A DNA stretch of 64,000 nt from assembly GCA_963787255.1 (NCBI GenBank), contig CAWBCJ010000010.1, forward strand, positions 64,001 through 128,000, read 5' to 3'. The DNA comes from Methanobacteriota archaeon. Its GTDB lineage: Archaea; Methanobacteriota; Methanobacteria; Methanobacteriales; Methanobacteriaceae. The notes under the pieces were generated by a model, which was not told the DNA's origin, did not search any database, and saw only the letters and a list, made by a program, of their open reading frames with translations. Both the position numbers and the translations under genes were made by a program. Of the stretch, positions 33,495 through 44,105 are shown one piece after another. The number at the start of each line of letters is the position of its first letter. The stretch's first letter is position 1.

Positions 33495-34418
33495 ATGAAA
33501 ATATGCACAAAATGTGGTGCTACACCAATAATAATAAAAAGAAAAGCTTCAGGTCAGATGCTCTGTAAAGAATGCTTCATTGAATCAATTACGGATAAAG
33601 TTTTGAAGGGCATTCGCAAAAATAAACTTATTGAAAAAGGAGATAAAGTTGCTGTTGCATTATCTGGCGGGAAAGATAGTGTAATGGTTCTTGATATCCT
33701 TAATTCACTTTACAAGCGAAATATAATTGATTTAGTTGCAATAACCATAGATGAAGGAATAGAAGGATACAGAAAGCATGGAGTTGAAATTGCAGCGAAA
33801 AATGCTGAAAGATTAGGTATAGACCATAGAATTGCATCAATTAATGATTATTTCGGGAAAACGCTTGATGAAATCATGCTTGATGAGAAACGAGAACATG
33901 GAGCATGTACATATTGTGGAGTTTTTAGAAGATGGATCATAAATAAAATTGCAAGGGAAGAAGGAGCTACAAAGATTGCAACAGGCCATAATCTCGATGA
34001 TGAAACCCAGGCAATAGTTATGAATTATCTTGAAGGAAATATAGATAATCTTACACGAATTGGGGTGAAATCAGTGCCAAAAAGCGACAAATTCACCGTG
34101 AAAATAAAACCTCTCCGCGAGATTCCTGAAAAGGAAATAGGGCTCTACGTGATTGCTCGGGAGCTTGACGTTCATTTTGATGAATGTCCTTACTCAAGGG
34201 AGTCTTTTAGGGGTGAAGTGGGGCGTTTCATAAAAGAATTGTCAGTCAATCACCCTACAATGATGTATTCAACTCTCAAGGGCTTTGATAAAATCCAGCC
34301 AGCCATTAAAAAAGAATTTGCTGGGAAAAAAGAAAATATGGGTGAATGTATTAATTGCGGCGAGCCAGCTTCTCACGAACTTTGCAGGGCTTGCTTATTT
34401 TCTAAAAAACTAAAATAG
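33495..34418 (+). CDS. ncsA: tRNA 2-thiolation protein (TtuA/NcsA family)
   Basis: SGGKDS PP-loop, [15 protein letters not shown] and terminal Zn fingers. Confidence 0.88.
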   Translation: MKICTKCGATPIIIKRKASGQMLCKECFIESITDKVLKGIRKNKLIEKGDKVAVALSGGKDSVMVLDILNSLYKRNIIDLVAITIDEGIEGYRKHGVEIAAKNAERLGIDHRIASINDYFGKTLDEIMLDEKREHGACTYCGVFRRWIINKIAREEGATKIATGHNLDDETQAIVMNYLEGNIDNLTRIGVKSVPKSDKFTVKIKPLREIPEKEIGLYVIARELDVHFDECPYSRESFRGEVGRFIKELSVNHPTMMYSTLKGFDKIQPAIKKEFAGKKENMGECINCGEPASHELCRACLFSKKLK

Positions 34419-34426
34419 TGATTATA

Positions 34427-34627
34427 ATGGAAGTTACAGTCATACACAATAAAACTAAACATAAAAAAGAGATTCAGGAGAATACCAGCGTTAAAGAATT
34501 ACTAGATTCAATGGATATATCCTCAGAAACTGTTGTGGTTAAGCGCAACAACGAAATCGTTATGGATGAAGAGAATCTTCATGACGAAGACATAATTGAA
34601 GTTATCCGAGTTATATACGGCGGTTGA
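34427..34627 (+). CDS. ThiS/MoaD ubiquitin-like sulfur carrier
   Basis: C-terminal GG; adjacent to ncsA. Confidence 0.9.
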   Translation: MEVTVIHNKTKHKKEIQENTSVKELLDSMDISSETVVVKRNNEIVMDEENLHDEDIIEVIRVIYGG

Positions 34628-34707
34628 AAAATTTCTATTTAGAATAAGATCTTAAAAACCAGATAAAACTTGAATATTTTATTTTTAAACATTCCGGATG
34701 TGGATAT

Positions 34708-35727
34708 GTGGAAATAACCAGCATAATCGAGAACAAGGTAGCAAGCTATTTTTCAATAAAAAAAGCCCATATTGAAAAAAAAGAGTTTTATTTTATAGTT
34801 TATGATTACAGTAAAGATAGATTTATTCAGCTAGTTAAAGATCTAGATGAAATAGGGTATTTGCCATTTATTGATGAATATGAAGGTGAATATAAAATAA
34901 GAATTGCTAATAAGCCAAAACACGGTGAATCAAGGATACATATCAATGTTATCTTATTTTTAATAACCGTTATATCTACAGTTTTTGCGGGTTATTTATT
35001 CGGAGGGGGAAAGTTAATTGATGGAATAGCATTTGCAATTGCGCTTTTAGCCATAGTAGGTTCTCATGAAACTGCACATTATTTTGCAGCAAGAAAACAT
35101 GGTGTAAATGCCACTTTGCCCTATTTTATACCTGCTCCAACTTTAGTTGGTACATTCGGGGCTGTTATAAACGTAAAATCTGCAATACCAAATAAAAATG
35201 CGCTTTTTGACCTTGGAGTCAGTGGGCCAATCGCAGGTATTATTGTAACTATTCCTGTACTTATAATCGGCGTTTTATTATCTACTGTTGCCCCCATGCA
35301 GAACGCAGCAATCCAATTTTTCCCATCAATTTTAATGTATATTCCAATGACCATTGTGTTTCCATCCGTACCTGAAGGCTATGGCGTAATGCTGCATCCT
35401 GTTGCATTTGCCGCTTGGGTTGGAATAATTGTTACTATGCTTAATTTAATGCCAGTAGCGGTTTTAGACGGAGGACACGTCTCAAGATCTCTTTTTAATG
35501 ATAAAGTTCACCGTTATGTGTCCTTTGCAGGTATAATTGTAACAGTGCTTCTGGGCTGGTACTTAATGGCGGTTTTAATGGCAGTATTCGTCCTGTTCGT
35601 TTCAAGGAGACACCCTGGAGCGCTGGACAACGTTTCAAAAATTAGTAAAAAAAGGAAAATTGTAGCGATACTGGTGGTTATTATTTTTATACTCTGTTTA
35701 TCCCCTATGCCGTCTATCACAGTTTAA
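34708..35727 (+). CDS. Site-2 protease (M50 family)
   Basis: HETAH and NLMPVAVLDGGH motifs. Confidence 0.93.
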   Translation: MEITSIIENKVASYFSIKKAHIEKKEFYFIVYDYSKDRFIQLVKDLDEIGYLPFIDEYEGEYKIRIANKPKHGESRIHINVILFLITVISTVFAGYLFGGGKLIDGIAFAIALLAIVGSHETAHYFAARKHGVNATLPYFIPAPTLVGTFGAVINVKSAIPNKNALFDLGVSGPIAGIIVTIPVLIIGVLLSTVAPMQNAAIQFFPSILMYIPMTIVFPSVPEGYGVMLHPVAFAAWVGIIVTMLNLMPVAVLDGGHVSRSLFNDKVHRYVSFAGIIVTVLLGWYLMAVLMAVFVLFVSRRHPGALDNVSKISKKRKIVAILVVIIFILCLSPMPSITV

Positions 35728-35759
35728 TGAAAAATACTATTTAAAAAGAGATGATTATA

Positions 35760-36620
35760 ATGAAAGTTTATTATGAATGTGCTCCGTGTTTTTTAAGGCA
35801 GGCCAAAGAAGCACTTGATCTTGCAACCGATGAGGAATCAGTTAAAATGGAAGTAATGGAAGAACTTGTAAAGATAATTTTCAATGAATTCAATCCTAAA
35901 GCTGTATCAAATGAAGTTGGAACGAAAATACACAGGACCATAAAGGATAAAACAGGGAATGAAGACCCATATATTTTAGAAAAACGGAAAGGAAATGAAA
36001 TAGCTTTTAAATTTCTCCCGAAAATTAAGGAAATTATAAAGACCAATGATAAACTTGAAACATATGTAAAAACAGCAATTGTAGGTAATATAATCGATTT
36101 TGGAGCGCTCGGAGTTGATTTTGATATTGAAAATGGAATTATTGAAAATATGGAAAAAGAAATTGCATTAAATCAAGTGTCAGAGCTTGAAAATGAGCTT
36201 AAATCCTCAAAAAACGTGCTATATTTAGCAGATAACAACGGTGAAATTGTTTTTGATAAATTGCTCATAGAAAAGATTAAGGAGTATAATGTAGAGGTTA
36301 CAGTTGCCTTAAAAGAAAAACCCATACTCAATGATGCATGTGTTGAAGATGCTGTTCAAATTGGGCTTGATGAAATTGCAAAGCTTGTATCGACAGGTAC
36401 TGATTCAATTGGAATAATTTACGGGGATATATCTGAAGAATTTAAGGAAATCTTTAAAAATGCAGACATGGTTATATCAAAGGGTCTTGGAAACTATGAG
36501 GGCTTGACTTCAATGGAATTAGGGGAAAAACCGGTATTTTGTCTCCTTAATGTTAAATGCACCCCAATTGCAAAAGATATAGGCGTAAATCTTGGTGATA
36601 ATGTTGTTTTAAAACTTTAA
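35760..36620 (+). CDS. Damage-control phosphatase (ARMT1/DUF89 family)
   Basis: CAPC, GNIIDFG, DNNGE, LNDA and KGLGNYE motifs. Confidence 0.9.
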   Translation: MKVYYECAPCFLRQAKEALDLATDEESVKMEVMEELVKIIFNEFNPKAVSNEVGTKIHRTIKDKTGNEDPYILEKRKGNEIAFKFLPKIKEIIKTNDKLETYVKTAIVGNIIDFGALGVDFDIENGIIENMEKEIALNQVSELENELKSSKNVLYLADNNGEIVFDKLLIEKIKEYNVEVTVALKEKPILNDACVEDAVQIGLDEIAKLVSTGTDSIGIIYGDISEEFKEIFKNADMVISKGLGNYEGLTSMELGEKPVFCLLNVKCTPIAKDIGVNLGDNVVLKL

Positions 36621-36671
36621 TTTTCATTAATTTAACGTAGAAATATATAATATAATAATGAATATAGAGTC

Positions 36672-37097
36672 ATGCAAAAATCAGTGATCATAATTGGAAT
36701 CATTATTGTGGTGGCAATAGCTGCTTATGCAATTTTAGGCTCCGGAAGTCAGGAAAATGTTGAACCACAAAATTCTGGATTAAACTGGCACACTGATTTA
36801 AATTCAGCGCTTGAAGAAGCTAAAAAAACTAATAAGCCAATTTTTATAGATTTTTATGCTCAATGGTGCTCTTATTGCAAGAAGCTCGATGAAAACACAT
36901 TTTCAGACCTGCAAGTTCAGGAAAAATTAAAATCAAAGTATGTTCTTGCAAAAATTGACATAGATGAATATCATAATATTGCATCTGACTATAAAGTGTA
37001 TGGTGTTCCAACTATGGTGTTCTTAAATCCAAACGGTACTGAAATTAAAAGAAATGAAGGCTATATTGGTCCTAGTGAGCTATTAAATCAACTCTAA
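36672..37097 (+). CDS. Membrane-anchored thioredoxin-family protein
   Basis: WCSYC motif, GVPT cis-Pro loop, N-terminal TM helix. Confidence 0.9.
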   Translation: MQKSVIIIGIIIVVAIAAYAILGSGSQENVEPQNSGLNWHTDLNSALEEAKKTNKPIFIDFYAQWCSYCKKLDENTFSDLQVQEKLKSKYVLAKIDIDEYHNIASDYKVYGVPTMVFLNPNGTEIKRNEGYIGPSELLNQL

Positions 37098-37115
37098 TAC
37101 TTTCAGGAGATAAAA

Positions 37116-37727
37116 ATGGATATAGGTCCTTTAATTTCATTTTTTGCTGGCGCAGCATCTGTTTTATCTCCTTGTGTAATACCTTTAATCCCTATTGTAG
37201 TTGGATACGCTCTTTTAGAGAAAAAAATATTCCAGATAATATCCTTTGTAATTGGATTTTTTTTAGTTTTTACAATAATAATCATTCTCACAGCGCTATT
37301 TACGGCTGCAATAAACTTTTATCTTTACTATTTTAGAATCGCAGCGGCAATAATTATAATATTAATAGGAATTTACTTTATTTTAAATAAAAAAGCCTTT
37401 AGTTTTTCATATAAACCAGTAGAACATGGAAATAAGAATGTTCAATCGTTTTTAATGGGCTTTTTAACTTCCCTTGCGTGGTCTCCCTGTTATGGTTCAT
37501 ATTTAATCGCAATCATTGCCTATAGTGTATCTTCAGGTAATGCAGTATACAGTATGCTGAACTTAATATTATTTGCAGCAGGATTTTCATTTACAATATT
37601 TATAATAGCATTGATAATATCTAAAATTAATTTAAACAGGTTAATCGAATATTCAAATTACATAAGAATTATTTCAGGGGTAATAATACTGGCTGCAGGC
37701 GTATATATGCTTTCATTGTTGGTATAA
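37116..37727 (+). CDS. ccdA: CcdA/DsbD-like transmembrane electron transporter
   Basis: LSPCVIP and WSPC motifs; six TM helices; paired with the thioredoxin gene. Confidence 0.85.
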   Translation: MDIGPLISFFAGAASVLSPCVIPLIPIVVGYALLEKKIFQIISFVIGFFLVFTIIIILTALFTAAINFYLYYFRIAAAIIIILIGIYFILNKKAFSFSYKPVEHGNKNVQSFLMGFLTSLAWSPCYGSYLIAIIAYSVSSGNAVYSMLNLILFAAGFSFTIFIIALIISKINLNRLIEYSNYIRIISGVIILAAGVYMLSLLV

Positions 37728-37748
37728 ACCATATGTTATGGTGATTTT

Positions 37749-38603
37749 ATGAAAATAGGATTTATAGGGTTTGGAGAAGTTGCATCAACATTATCCGAAG
37801 GACTTTTAAAGAATGGAATTGAAGTAAGCACATGTATTATGGGTAGAAGTTCCAAAACACAAAAACTTGCCATGGAAACAGGTTTAAACTTGTGCAGGTC
37901 CAACAGGGAACTTGCAGAAACTTCTGACATCATAATTTCAGCTGTAACTCCTGCTGCCGCAATTAAAACAGCTCAAGATGTAGGAAAATACGTTGAAGGT
38001 GTTTATGTTGACATTAACAATATTTCACCAGTTACTGCTAAAAAGACACTTTCATTCATTAAAAATGGAAGAATAGTAGATGCTTCAATAATTGGAAGCG
38101 TTAGAATGGGTTTAAAAGTTCAGATTATAGCTTCTGGAAGATTCGCTAATGAATTTGCAAAATTAAATAATTATGGAATGAATATTACTATAATTGGTAG
38201 TGAAATTGGTCAAGCGTCAGCGGTAAAGATGTTTAGAAGTTCATTTACCAAGGGAATTTCAGCACTGCTTTTTGAAACTCTTTACCCCGCTTACGAAATG
38301 GGAATTGATAATGAAGTGCTAAAATATATTTCAGAGACTGAATGCGAAGGTTTTAAGGATACTGCAGTATCACGGATAATTAGCACCGCATTCCACGCAA
38401 AAAGACGTAGCGAAGAGATGGATGAAGTTATAAAAACTCTTTCTGAAAGCGAAGATCCAAAAATGAGTAAAGTTGTACAGGAATTTTTTGAAAAACTTTA
38501 CCATGATTTAGGTAATCTTGATAAGAGGCCTGAAAGTTATGCTGAAATATTTGAGTTAATTAAAGAAAAAAGAGTTAAAAAAGAATTCATGGATTATCAA
38601 TAA
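37749..38603 (+). CDS. NAD(P)-dependent oxidoreductase (6PGDH/HIBADH-like)
   Basis: KIGFIGFGEVA, ASAVKMFRSSFTKG and HAKRRSEEM motifs. Confidence 0.82.
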   Translation: MKIGFIGFGEVASTLSEGLLKNGIEVSTCIMGRSSKTQKLAMETGLNLCRSNRELAETSDIIISAVTPAAAIKTAQDVGKYVEGVYVDINNISPVTAKKTLSFIKNGRIVDASIIGSVRMGLKVQIIASGRFANEFAKLNNYGMNITIIGSEIGQASAVKMFRSSFTKGISALLFETLYPAYEMGIDNEVLKYISETECEGFKDTAVSRIISTAFHAKRRSEEMDEVIKTLSESEDPKMSKVVQEFFEKLYHDLGNLDKRPESYAEIFELIKEKRVKKEFMDYQ

Positions 38604-38616
38604 CTATTAATTCTTT

Positions 38617-38703
38617 CACTGGAGTTCCATCGCTCCATTTGATGAATAATCTGAGCTTCCAGGTCCCATAAGTGATTGTTGGGGTGTATATGGGCTACCT
38701 CCG
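38617..38703. ncRNA. Candidate small structured RNA in a convergent intergenic region
   Basis: GC-enriched island with two stems and TGATGA-N5-CTGA (box C/D K-turn-like) on the + strand. Confidence 0.3.
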
Positions 38704-38763
38704 ATAATATATATTGAATATAAAATTAAAAAAATTGAATTACGGGAATAAAATAATAAAGCT

Positions 38764-40746
38764 TTATTCATCTAATTCTCTTAATTCATATTCCAGGTTT
38801 TGAGATGAATCTTGAATTTCTCCAGTAAAGGGGATGGTGAAAAAGAATTTTGAACCTATTTCTGGTTCAGATTCAACCCACATACGTCCGCCGTGACGTT
38901 CAACTATTTTTTTACTAACTGAAAGGCCGATTCCTATTCCTTTGAACCCATTTTCAGGGTGCAGTCTTTTGAATATGTCAAAAACCTTTTCTAAGTCCTT
39001 TTCTTCAATACCAATGCCGTTATCCTGCACTGAAAATATGTATTCTTTATTTTCTTCATCTAAATACGATGAAACATGAATTCGGGGATTTTTTTCGGGA
39101 TTTCTAAATTTAACTGCATTTTTCAAGAGATTCTGGAATAACTGCAGTATCTGATTGGAATCTGCTATTATTTTAGGGAGATCATCATGTGTAATTTTAG
39201 CTCTATTTCCCTCAAGAGAGGCATTAAGATTGGACATGGCATAATCAAGAATTTCTCCAGTTTCTGTTAATTTAAATTCTTTACCACGTGATTCTACCCT
39301 TGAATACTCTAAAAGACCTATGATTTTATTATTTAAACGTTCAACAGCTTCTAAAGCATAATCTATGAATTCATCAGCATCTTTATCTAGTTTACCTCGG
39401 TAGCGTTTAGCTAAAATATTATTAAAACTTTTAACAGTCCTTAAAGGCTCCTGTAATTCGTTAGCAGCAGTTTCTGCAAATTTTTCCAGTTCTTCATTTG
39501 CTTTTATTAACTCATCTAACTGTTTAAGCAGTTCCTCATCATTCACACCGTTTTCTAACTCTAATTTCAGATTCCCGTTTCTTTTTGTAAGTTCATTGAT
39601 TAGTTGCTGCTTTTCATTGATATCTTCATTTAATTCCTGAATTTCTTGCATTTCTGCGGAAATAATCTCAGAGGAATTTTCTTTCAGCATTTTTAATTCT
39701 AATATTTCCTGATTTAAATTTTTAATATCTAATTCTTTAACTGAAATTAATTCTTTAGAATCCTTTAATGCATATTTCAGAGCATCAATATCTTTATTTA
39801 TTTCTTCAATTTCAAAATCTTTAGTTGTAATGAGTTGGGAAGATTTTGCATTAATTTTTTCTAATTCTATAATCTCTTGATTTAATTTTTCAATTTCTAA
39901 TTCCCTTTTTGAAATTGTTTCTTCTTTTTCGCCAGCATCATTTTCTAATTCAGTAATACGATGATTTAAAGTGTTTATTTCAGATAATTTACCTGAAAGA
40001 ACATCTTCCGAATCACTTCGGGACTTTTTTAATTCTACTATTTGCTGATATAGCTCTTCTATTTCTGGATTTTTGACTGCAATTACTTTTTTGAAACCTT
40101 CGTTGGCCTTCTTAAGTTCGTCAATTTGCTTATCAAAAGATTCAATCTGGAAATCTTCATCAAAGCTTTCTTGATCTTCTATTTCTTCTTTTAGAATTTT
40201 ATTGGCATTTTCCACTTCTTTAAGCTTTTCATTCAATTCAATTAATTCATTTTCCATACTTTTTTCAGATTCAACATGAATTTCTTCTTTTTCACTTAGA
40301 AGTTCGGCCGCGCGTTTTTCAACAATTTCATCAATGAATTCACGTTGTTCCTTTTGAATTTGCTCTTCACTGCGTTTATATTCTGTAACGTCTGTTAAAC
40401 TTAAAATTATTGCACTCACTTCGTTGTTTTTGGTTTTTACTGGCTGTATGGCCCAGTCCCAGTAGCTGATACCTAGAACTGGATGATCAAGAGGTTTAGA
40501 ATATGCAAAATATGGTTCACCTGTTTCTATCACATTTCTAAAAATTGATTCATTTCCCTTGGGATATAATTCAAAGTGGTTTTTTCCAACAAAAAAATCA
40601 GGATCTTTATTATGTTTTTCTGCGTAAGCCCTGTTAACATGAATAAAATTAAAATTGTTGTCCATGTATGCTATTAAAAAATGTGTATTGTCAAAAATGG
40701 TTTCAAGCATCTTTCCATTCTTTACCTTATCATTTATTGGGTTCAT
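38764..40746 (-). CDS. PAS - long coiled coil - HisKA/HATPase protein lacking the phospho-acceptor His
   Basis: PAS (VNRAY..FVGKN); H-box reads AANELQEPLR; N/G1/F/G2 boxes intact (NAVKF, DNGIGI, FKRLH, GIGIGL). Confidence 0.88.
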   Translation of the reverse strand: MNPINDKVKNGKMLETIFDNTHFLIAYMDNNFNFIHVNRAYAEKHNKDPDFFVGKNHFELYPKGNESIFRNVIETGEPYFAYSKPLDHPVLGISYWDWAIQPVKTKNNEVSAIILSLTDVTEYKRSEEQIQKEQREFIDEIVEKRAAELLSEKEEIHVESEKSMENELIELNEKLKEVENANKILKEEIEDQESFDEDFQIESFDKQIDELKKANEGFKKVIAVKNPEIEELYQQIVELKKSRSDSEDVLSGKLSEINTLNHRITELENDAGEKEETISKRELEIEKLNQEIIELEKINAKSSQLITTKDFEIEEINKDIDALKYALKDSKELISVKELDIKNLNQEILELKMLKENSSEIISAEMQEIQELNEDINEKQQLINELTKRNGNLKLELENGVNDEELLKQLDELIKANEELEKFAETAANELQEPLRTVKSFNNILAKRYRGKLDKDADEFIDYALEAVERLNNKIIGLLEYSRVESRGKEFKLTETGEILDYAMSNLNASLEGNRAKITHDDLPKIIADSNQILQLFQNLLKNAVKFRNPEKNPRIHVSSYLDEENKEYIFSVQDNGIGIEEKDLEKVFDIFKRLHPENGFKGIGIGLSVSKKIVERHGGRMWVESEPEIGSKFFFTIPFTGEIQDSSQNLEYELRELDE

Positions 40747-40975
40747 GGTTCCTCCATGCTTAATTAAAGCAAAATGATAATATTCAATCTAAATAATGAA
40801 TTAACTTTATATTATATATAATTTATTTTATTTATCCAAATTTCATAATTTTTCCTTTCAAGCCCTTAATTAGAAAAATTTTATTAATTTGTTTCATTAT
40901 AAATAATAAATAAGTGGTATATTATATGAATTTAAATTTGTCAAAATTATTGGTATTTAATTTATTTTTCGGGTT

Positions 40976-41173
40976 GTGTATATGGCTATAGAAGAGCGCA
41001 TAAAGGAATGTCAACAAGCAATTGAGAAGCTTGAGAATAAGAAAATACTTGATATTAAATTTAAACCATATAATCGCAATTGCTGGAGGCTTTATTTAAC
41101 CACTGATAAAGGAAAACTTGTCATGACATTCTGTAAAGACTGGGATTGTCCAGCTATTGAATATAGGCACTAA
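40976..41173 (+). CDS. Small hypothetical protein
   Basis: 65-aa ORF directly upstream of otsB with host-like composition. Confidence 0.65.
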   Translation: MYMAIEERIKECQQAIEKLENKKILDIKFKPYNRNCWRLYLTTDKGKLVMTFCKDWDCPAIEYRH

Positions 41174-41181
41174 TTTTATTA

Positions 41182-42003
41182 TTGGAGGATTTTAAGTTGG
41201 ATAATTTGAAATATCTTTTTGATCATCTCTATGAGCTAAGAAAATTTAAAAATGATACAAAAACAGCAATAATCACGGATATTGACGGAACAATTAGTGA
41301 AATTGTACCAACGCCCATGGAAGCAGTAGTAAAACCTGAAATAAAGGATATAATTGAAAAAATTGCGAATAAATTTGAATTTACTGGTGTAATGACTGGT
41401 AGAAGTATAAAAAATGCCATGGATATGATGGAATCTAAAAAACTCATTTATATTGGAAACCATGGCTTAGAACAGTTTAAAGATGGAAAAATACGCATAG
41501 AACCCGAAGTTGAAAAGTATATTCCATTAATTAAAAAACTTGCAAAAAGTATCCAAAAACAATTGGTTGATTATGAATGTATTTTATTCCAGGATAAAGA
41601 ATTAAGCTTTACAGTTCATTATAGGTTATGTGATGATGGAGAAGAAATCAGAAAAATGGCTTTAGATGCTATTACAAGCATAAAAGAGTCCAGAGGTCTT
41701 AAAATTGCAGAAGGCCGTAAAGTCATTGAAATAAGGCCGCCTGTGGGGCATGATAAGGGAACAATACTCCAAAAATTTATTTTTGATAATAATATTAAGA
41801 AAATAATATATTTAGGCGATGATATAACAGATGTAGACGCGTTTAACAAATTAAATAAGCTAAAAAATGAAGGAATAGTTGAGACATTTAGTATAGTTGT
41901 TAATTCAAAGGAAACTCCAGATTATGTGAAAGAAAGCGCTGATTTTTATGTAAATAGTGTTGATGAAGTTCAGAATTTTTTTAAATGGCTTTTTGAGGAT
42001 TAA
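41182..42003 (+). CDS. otsB: Trehalose-6-phosphate phosphatase (HAD IIB)
   Basis: DIDGT, TGR, GNHG, HYR, DKG and GDDITD motifs. Confidence 0.9.
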   Translation: MEDFKLDNLKYLFDHLYELRKFKNDTKTAIITDIDGTISEIVPTPMEAVVKPEIKDIIEKIANKFEFTGVMTGRSIKNAMDMMESKKLIYIGNHGLEQFKDGKIRIEPEVEKYIPLIKKLAKSIQKQLVDYECILFQDKELSFTVHYRLCDDGEEIRKMALDAITSIKESRGLKIAEGRKVIEIRPPVGHDKGTILQKFIFDNNIKKIIYLGDDITDVDAFNKLNKLKNEGIVETFSIVVNSKETPDYVKESADFYVNSVDEVQNFFKWLFED

Positions 42004-42005
42004 TT

Positions 42006-43292
42006 TTATTTCCCAATAACTATTCTAACCCTTGTTCCTTCCTTTTTTTTCACAATACTCGCACTAAGCGGAATAAATTGGGAATCAATTATAAGTCGCA
42101 GATATGTAGCATGTTTAGCTGGTAATTTAAGTGGGCTTTTTATTTTCCGGGTTTCTGTTCGTATCTGAGAGCGTAGCTTGCCATTTTTATCTACATAAAG
42201 TGGAGCATCCATTCCTTCTTGGAGATCTTCAACTTCAAAGTTTCTAAGATGCATTCCAGCATCAATAGTATAAATAGGTTTTTCTCCTCTTTTTCCTTCT
42301 CTAAACATTTCATGCGCTTCTGAAGATTTAATTCCTTTTTCAACACTAGATGCGACAAACCATGCTCTTTCAATAACGCTTTCAACAGTTTGGTCTGGTG
42401 GAATTATTCCATCTTTTTGGTATGTCTTAATAAGCTCAAATACTTCTTTACGAGTTACATCCTGTTCAACTGAACTTATTGCTAGCCTTGTAAGAACAGG
42501 ACCGTATCCGGCCATTCTTAAAGATGCCCATATTTGGTCTTCATTTCGGTACCGTCTGCCTTTAACTATTGCATCCGCGGCATCAGCATTAATATGTGCA
42601 ATATTGAGTAGTTTGGGTCTTGAATATGTGTTTAATCGTTTGGTAATGGTTTCAATGTCTCTTTTGCCTGGAATGTTCCCATTTTTAATTTCCTTTTCAA
42701 GTATCTTTACAGTAGATTTGGGGAGAACTTCTTTGACTTCTTCTGGAATTTTGAAGTTGTTTTCAATTATTTTTGCTCTTATTTCTCGTCCTGAGATTTT
42801 ACCGTCTTGTTTAAGTTCGGGAATTATATGAAATTTCATTTTTCGTTTATATTTTTTGTAGAGGAATTCATTTACTGCAAACCATCGTATTACATTACGA
42901 TTTGGAAGACTTCGAGGTATTCCACTGAATATCCCACGATTTGCAAATGATGAAGCGTATTTTTGAATTTTTTTAGTTGAAACATCTGCTGCATCAACAT
43001 AATCAACAACTCCGTCTTCAATCATCATTGCTATCCTTATAGGAACTGTATATGCCAGTGTTAAGCGGTGATGCATGCCTTCGATAGGTACTACTTTATC
43101 TGCACCAGCTTTAAGTGCCATTTCCATTCTTGCTTCGTAATTTGCAAAAAATGGTGCGTGATTAGCGCTGTAATCTTTGTTTAAATAAATGACTAATTCT
43201 CCGCCGGTTTTCTTGGCAATTTCTCTTCCTTTTTCTATTAGTTTTACGTGTCCGTTGTGTACGGGGTCAAAATCAGCGCTGATTCCAATCAA
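42006..43292 (-). CDS. HIGH-family nucleotidyltransferase (TmcAL-like N-terminus)
   Basis: [21 protein letters not shown] and ISGREIR motifs. Confidence 0.75.
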   Translation of the reverse strand: MIGISADFDPVHNGHVKLIEKGREIAKKTGGELVIYLNKDYSANHAPFFANYEARMEMALKAGADKVVPIEGMHHRLTLAYTVPIRIAMMIEDGVVDYVDAADVSTKKIQKYASSFANRGIFSGIPRSLPNRNVIRWFAVNEFLYKKYKRKMKFHIIPELKQDGKISGREIRAKIIENNFKIPEEVKEVLPKSTVKILEKEIKNGNIPGKRDIETITKRLNTYSRPKLLNIAHINADAADAIVKGRRYRNEDQIWASLRMAGYGPVLTRLAISSVEQDVTRKEVFELIKTYQKDGIIPPDQTVESVIERAWFVASSVEKGIKSSEAHEMFREGKRGEKPIYTIDAGMHLRNFEVEDLQEGMDAPLYVDKNGKLRSQIRTETRKIKSPLKLPAKHATYLRLIIDSQFIPLSASIVKKKEGTRVRIVIGK

Positions 43293-43473
43293 TTTTAATT
43301 CTCCTTTTGAAAATATAATACAATTAATTCAATTTTTCTACATTTATTTAAAGAATGATAGGGTTATTAAACATTTTATTTTTTTTAAATTTCATGGGAA
43401 ATTCATGAATATTTTTTGTAGTTTTAACAAGTAATAATTATTATTAAATATATATTATTAGTAAGAATGTGGG

Positions 43474-43785
43474 GTGTTTTTAAAAATGTTGGATAAAATA
43501 TTAGGTAAAAAAGAAAAGGATAATGATTCTAATCAAAAAAATTTTGATGAAGGCGTAAAATATGTTGAAAAAAAGGAATTTGAGCCAGCTATAGAATCTT
43601 TTAAAAGATGCATTAATGTTGATCCTGAAGATTCAAAAGCATTTGTAGGTTTATGCATTGCTTATTCTGGTTTAATGGATTTAGATACTGCACGTGAGTA
43701 TTATGAAGAACTTAAAGACATCGATCCGTATCTTGCAGCCCAATTGGCAAATACGCAGGCGGGTGCACTTTTAGAAGATAAATGA
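43474..43785 (+). CDS. Small TPR protein
   Basis: AIESFKRCINVDPEDSKAFVGL TPR pattern. Confidence 0.8.
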   Translation: MFLKMLDKILGKKEKDNDSNQKNFDEGVKYVEKKEFEPAIESFKRCINVDPEDSKAFVGLCIAYSGLMDLDTAREYYEELKDIDPYLAAQLANTQAGALLEDK

Positions 43786-43865
43786 TGATCAAATTTAATT
43801 ACTTTTTTTTAATTTAGCTAATTTTTATTTTTAAATTAATTTTAAATGTATTAACCACATTTATC

Positions 43866-43918
43866 GTTGCATAAACAATTATTGCTTAAGCAATTGTTGC
43901 ATAGGCAACATTTATATA
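43866..43918 (+). promoter_or_regulatory. Three tandem 14-bp palindromic operators plus TATA box upstream of marR-MATE
   Basis: GTTGCATAAACAAT, ATTGCTTAAGCAAT and GTTGCATAGGCAAC at 15-bp period, then TTTATATA. Confidence 0.75.
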
Positions 43919-44105
43919 CTAGTATATGCAATTCAATAATAAGAAAATTAAAATTATTTCTATAATTTTTAAACACAATTAGAGAGTATAAAAGTTCTTA
44001 AGCGCTTTAAACATCTTTTTTTATAAAAAGAATATTCAAATTTCAAATAAAATCACTAATGATGGTGTTACGTTTTCAAAATAATTAAATAAAGGAGAAA
44101 TCAGT

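Noticed and set aside
38617-38640. GCGATGGAACTCC as a fluoride riboswitch
   Set aside because: Lacks the P1/pseudoknot complement and is not upstream of a gene
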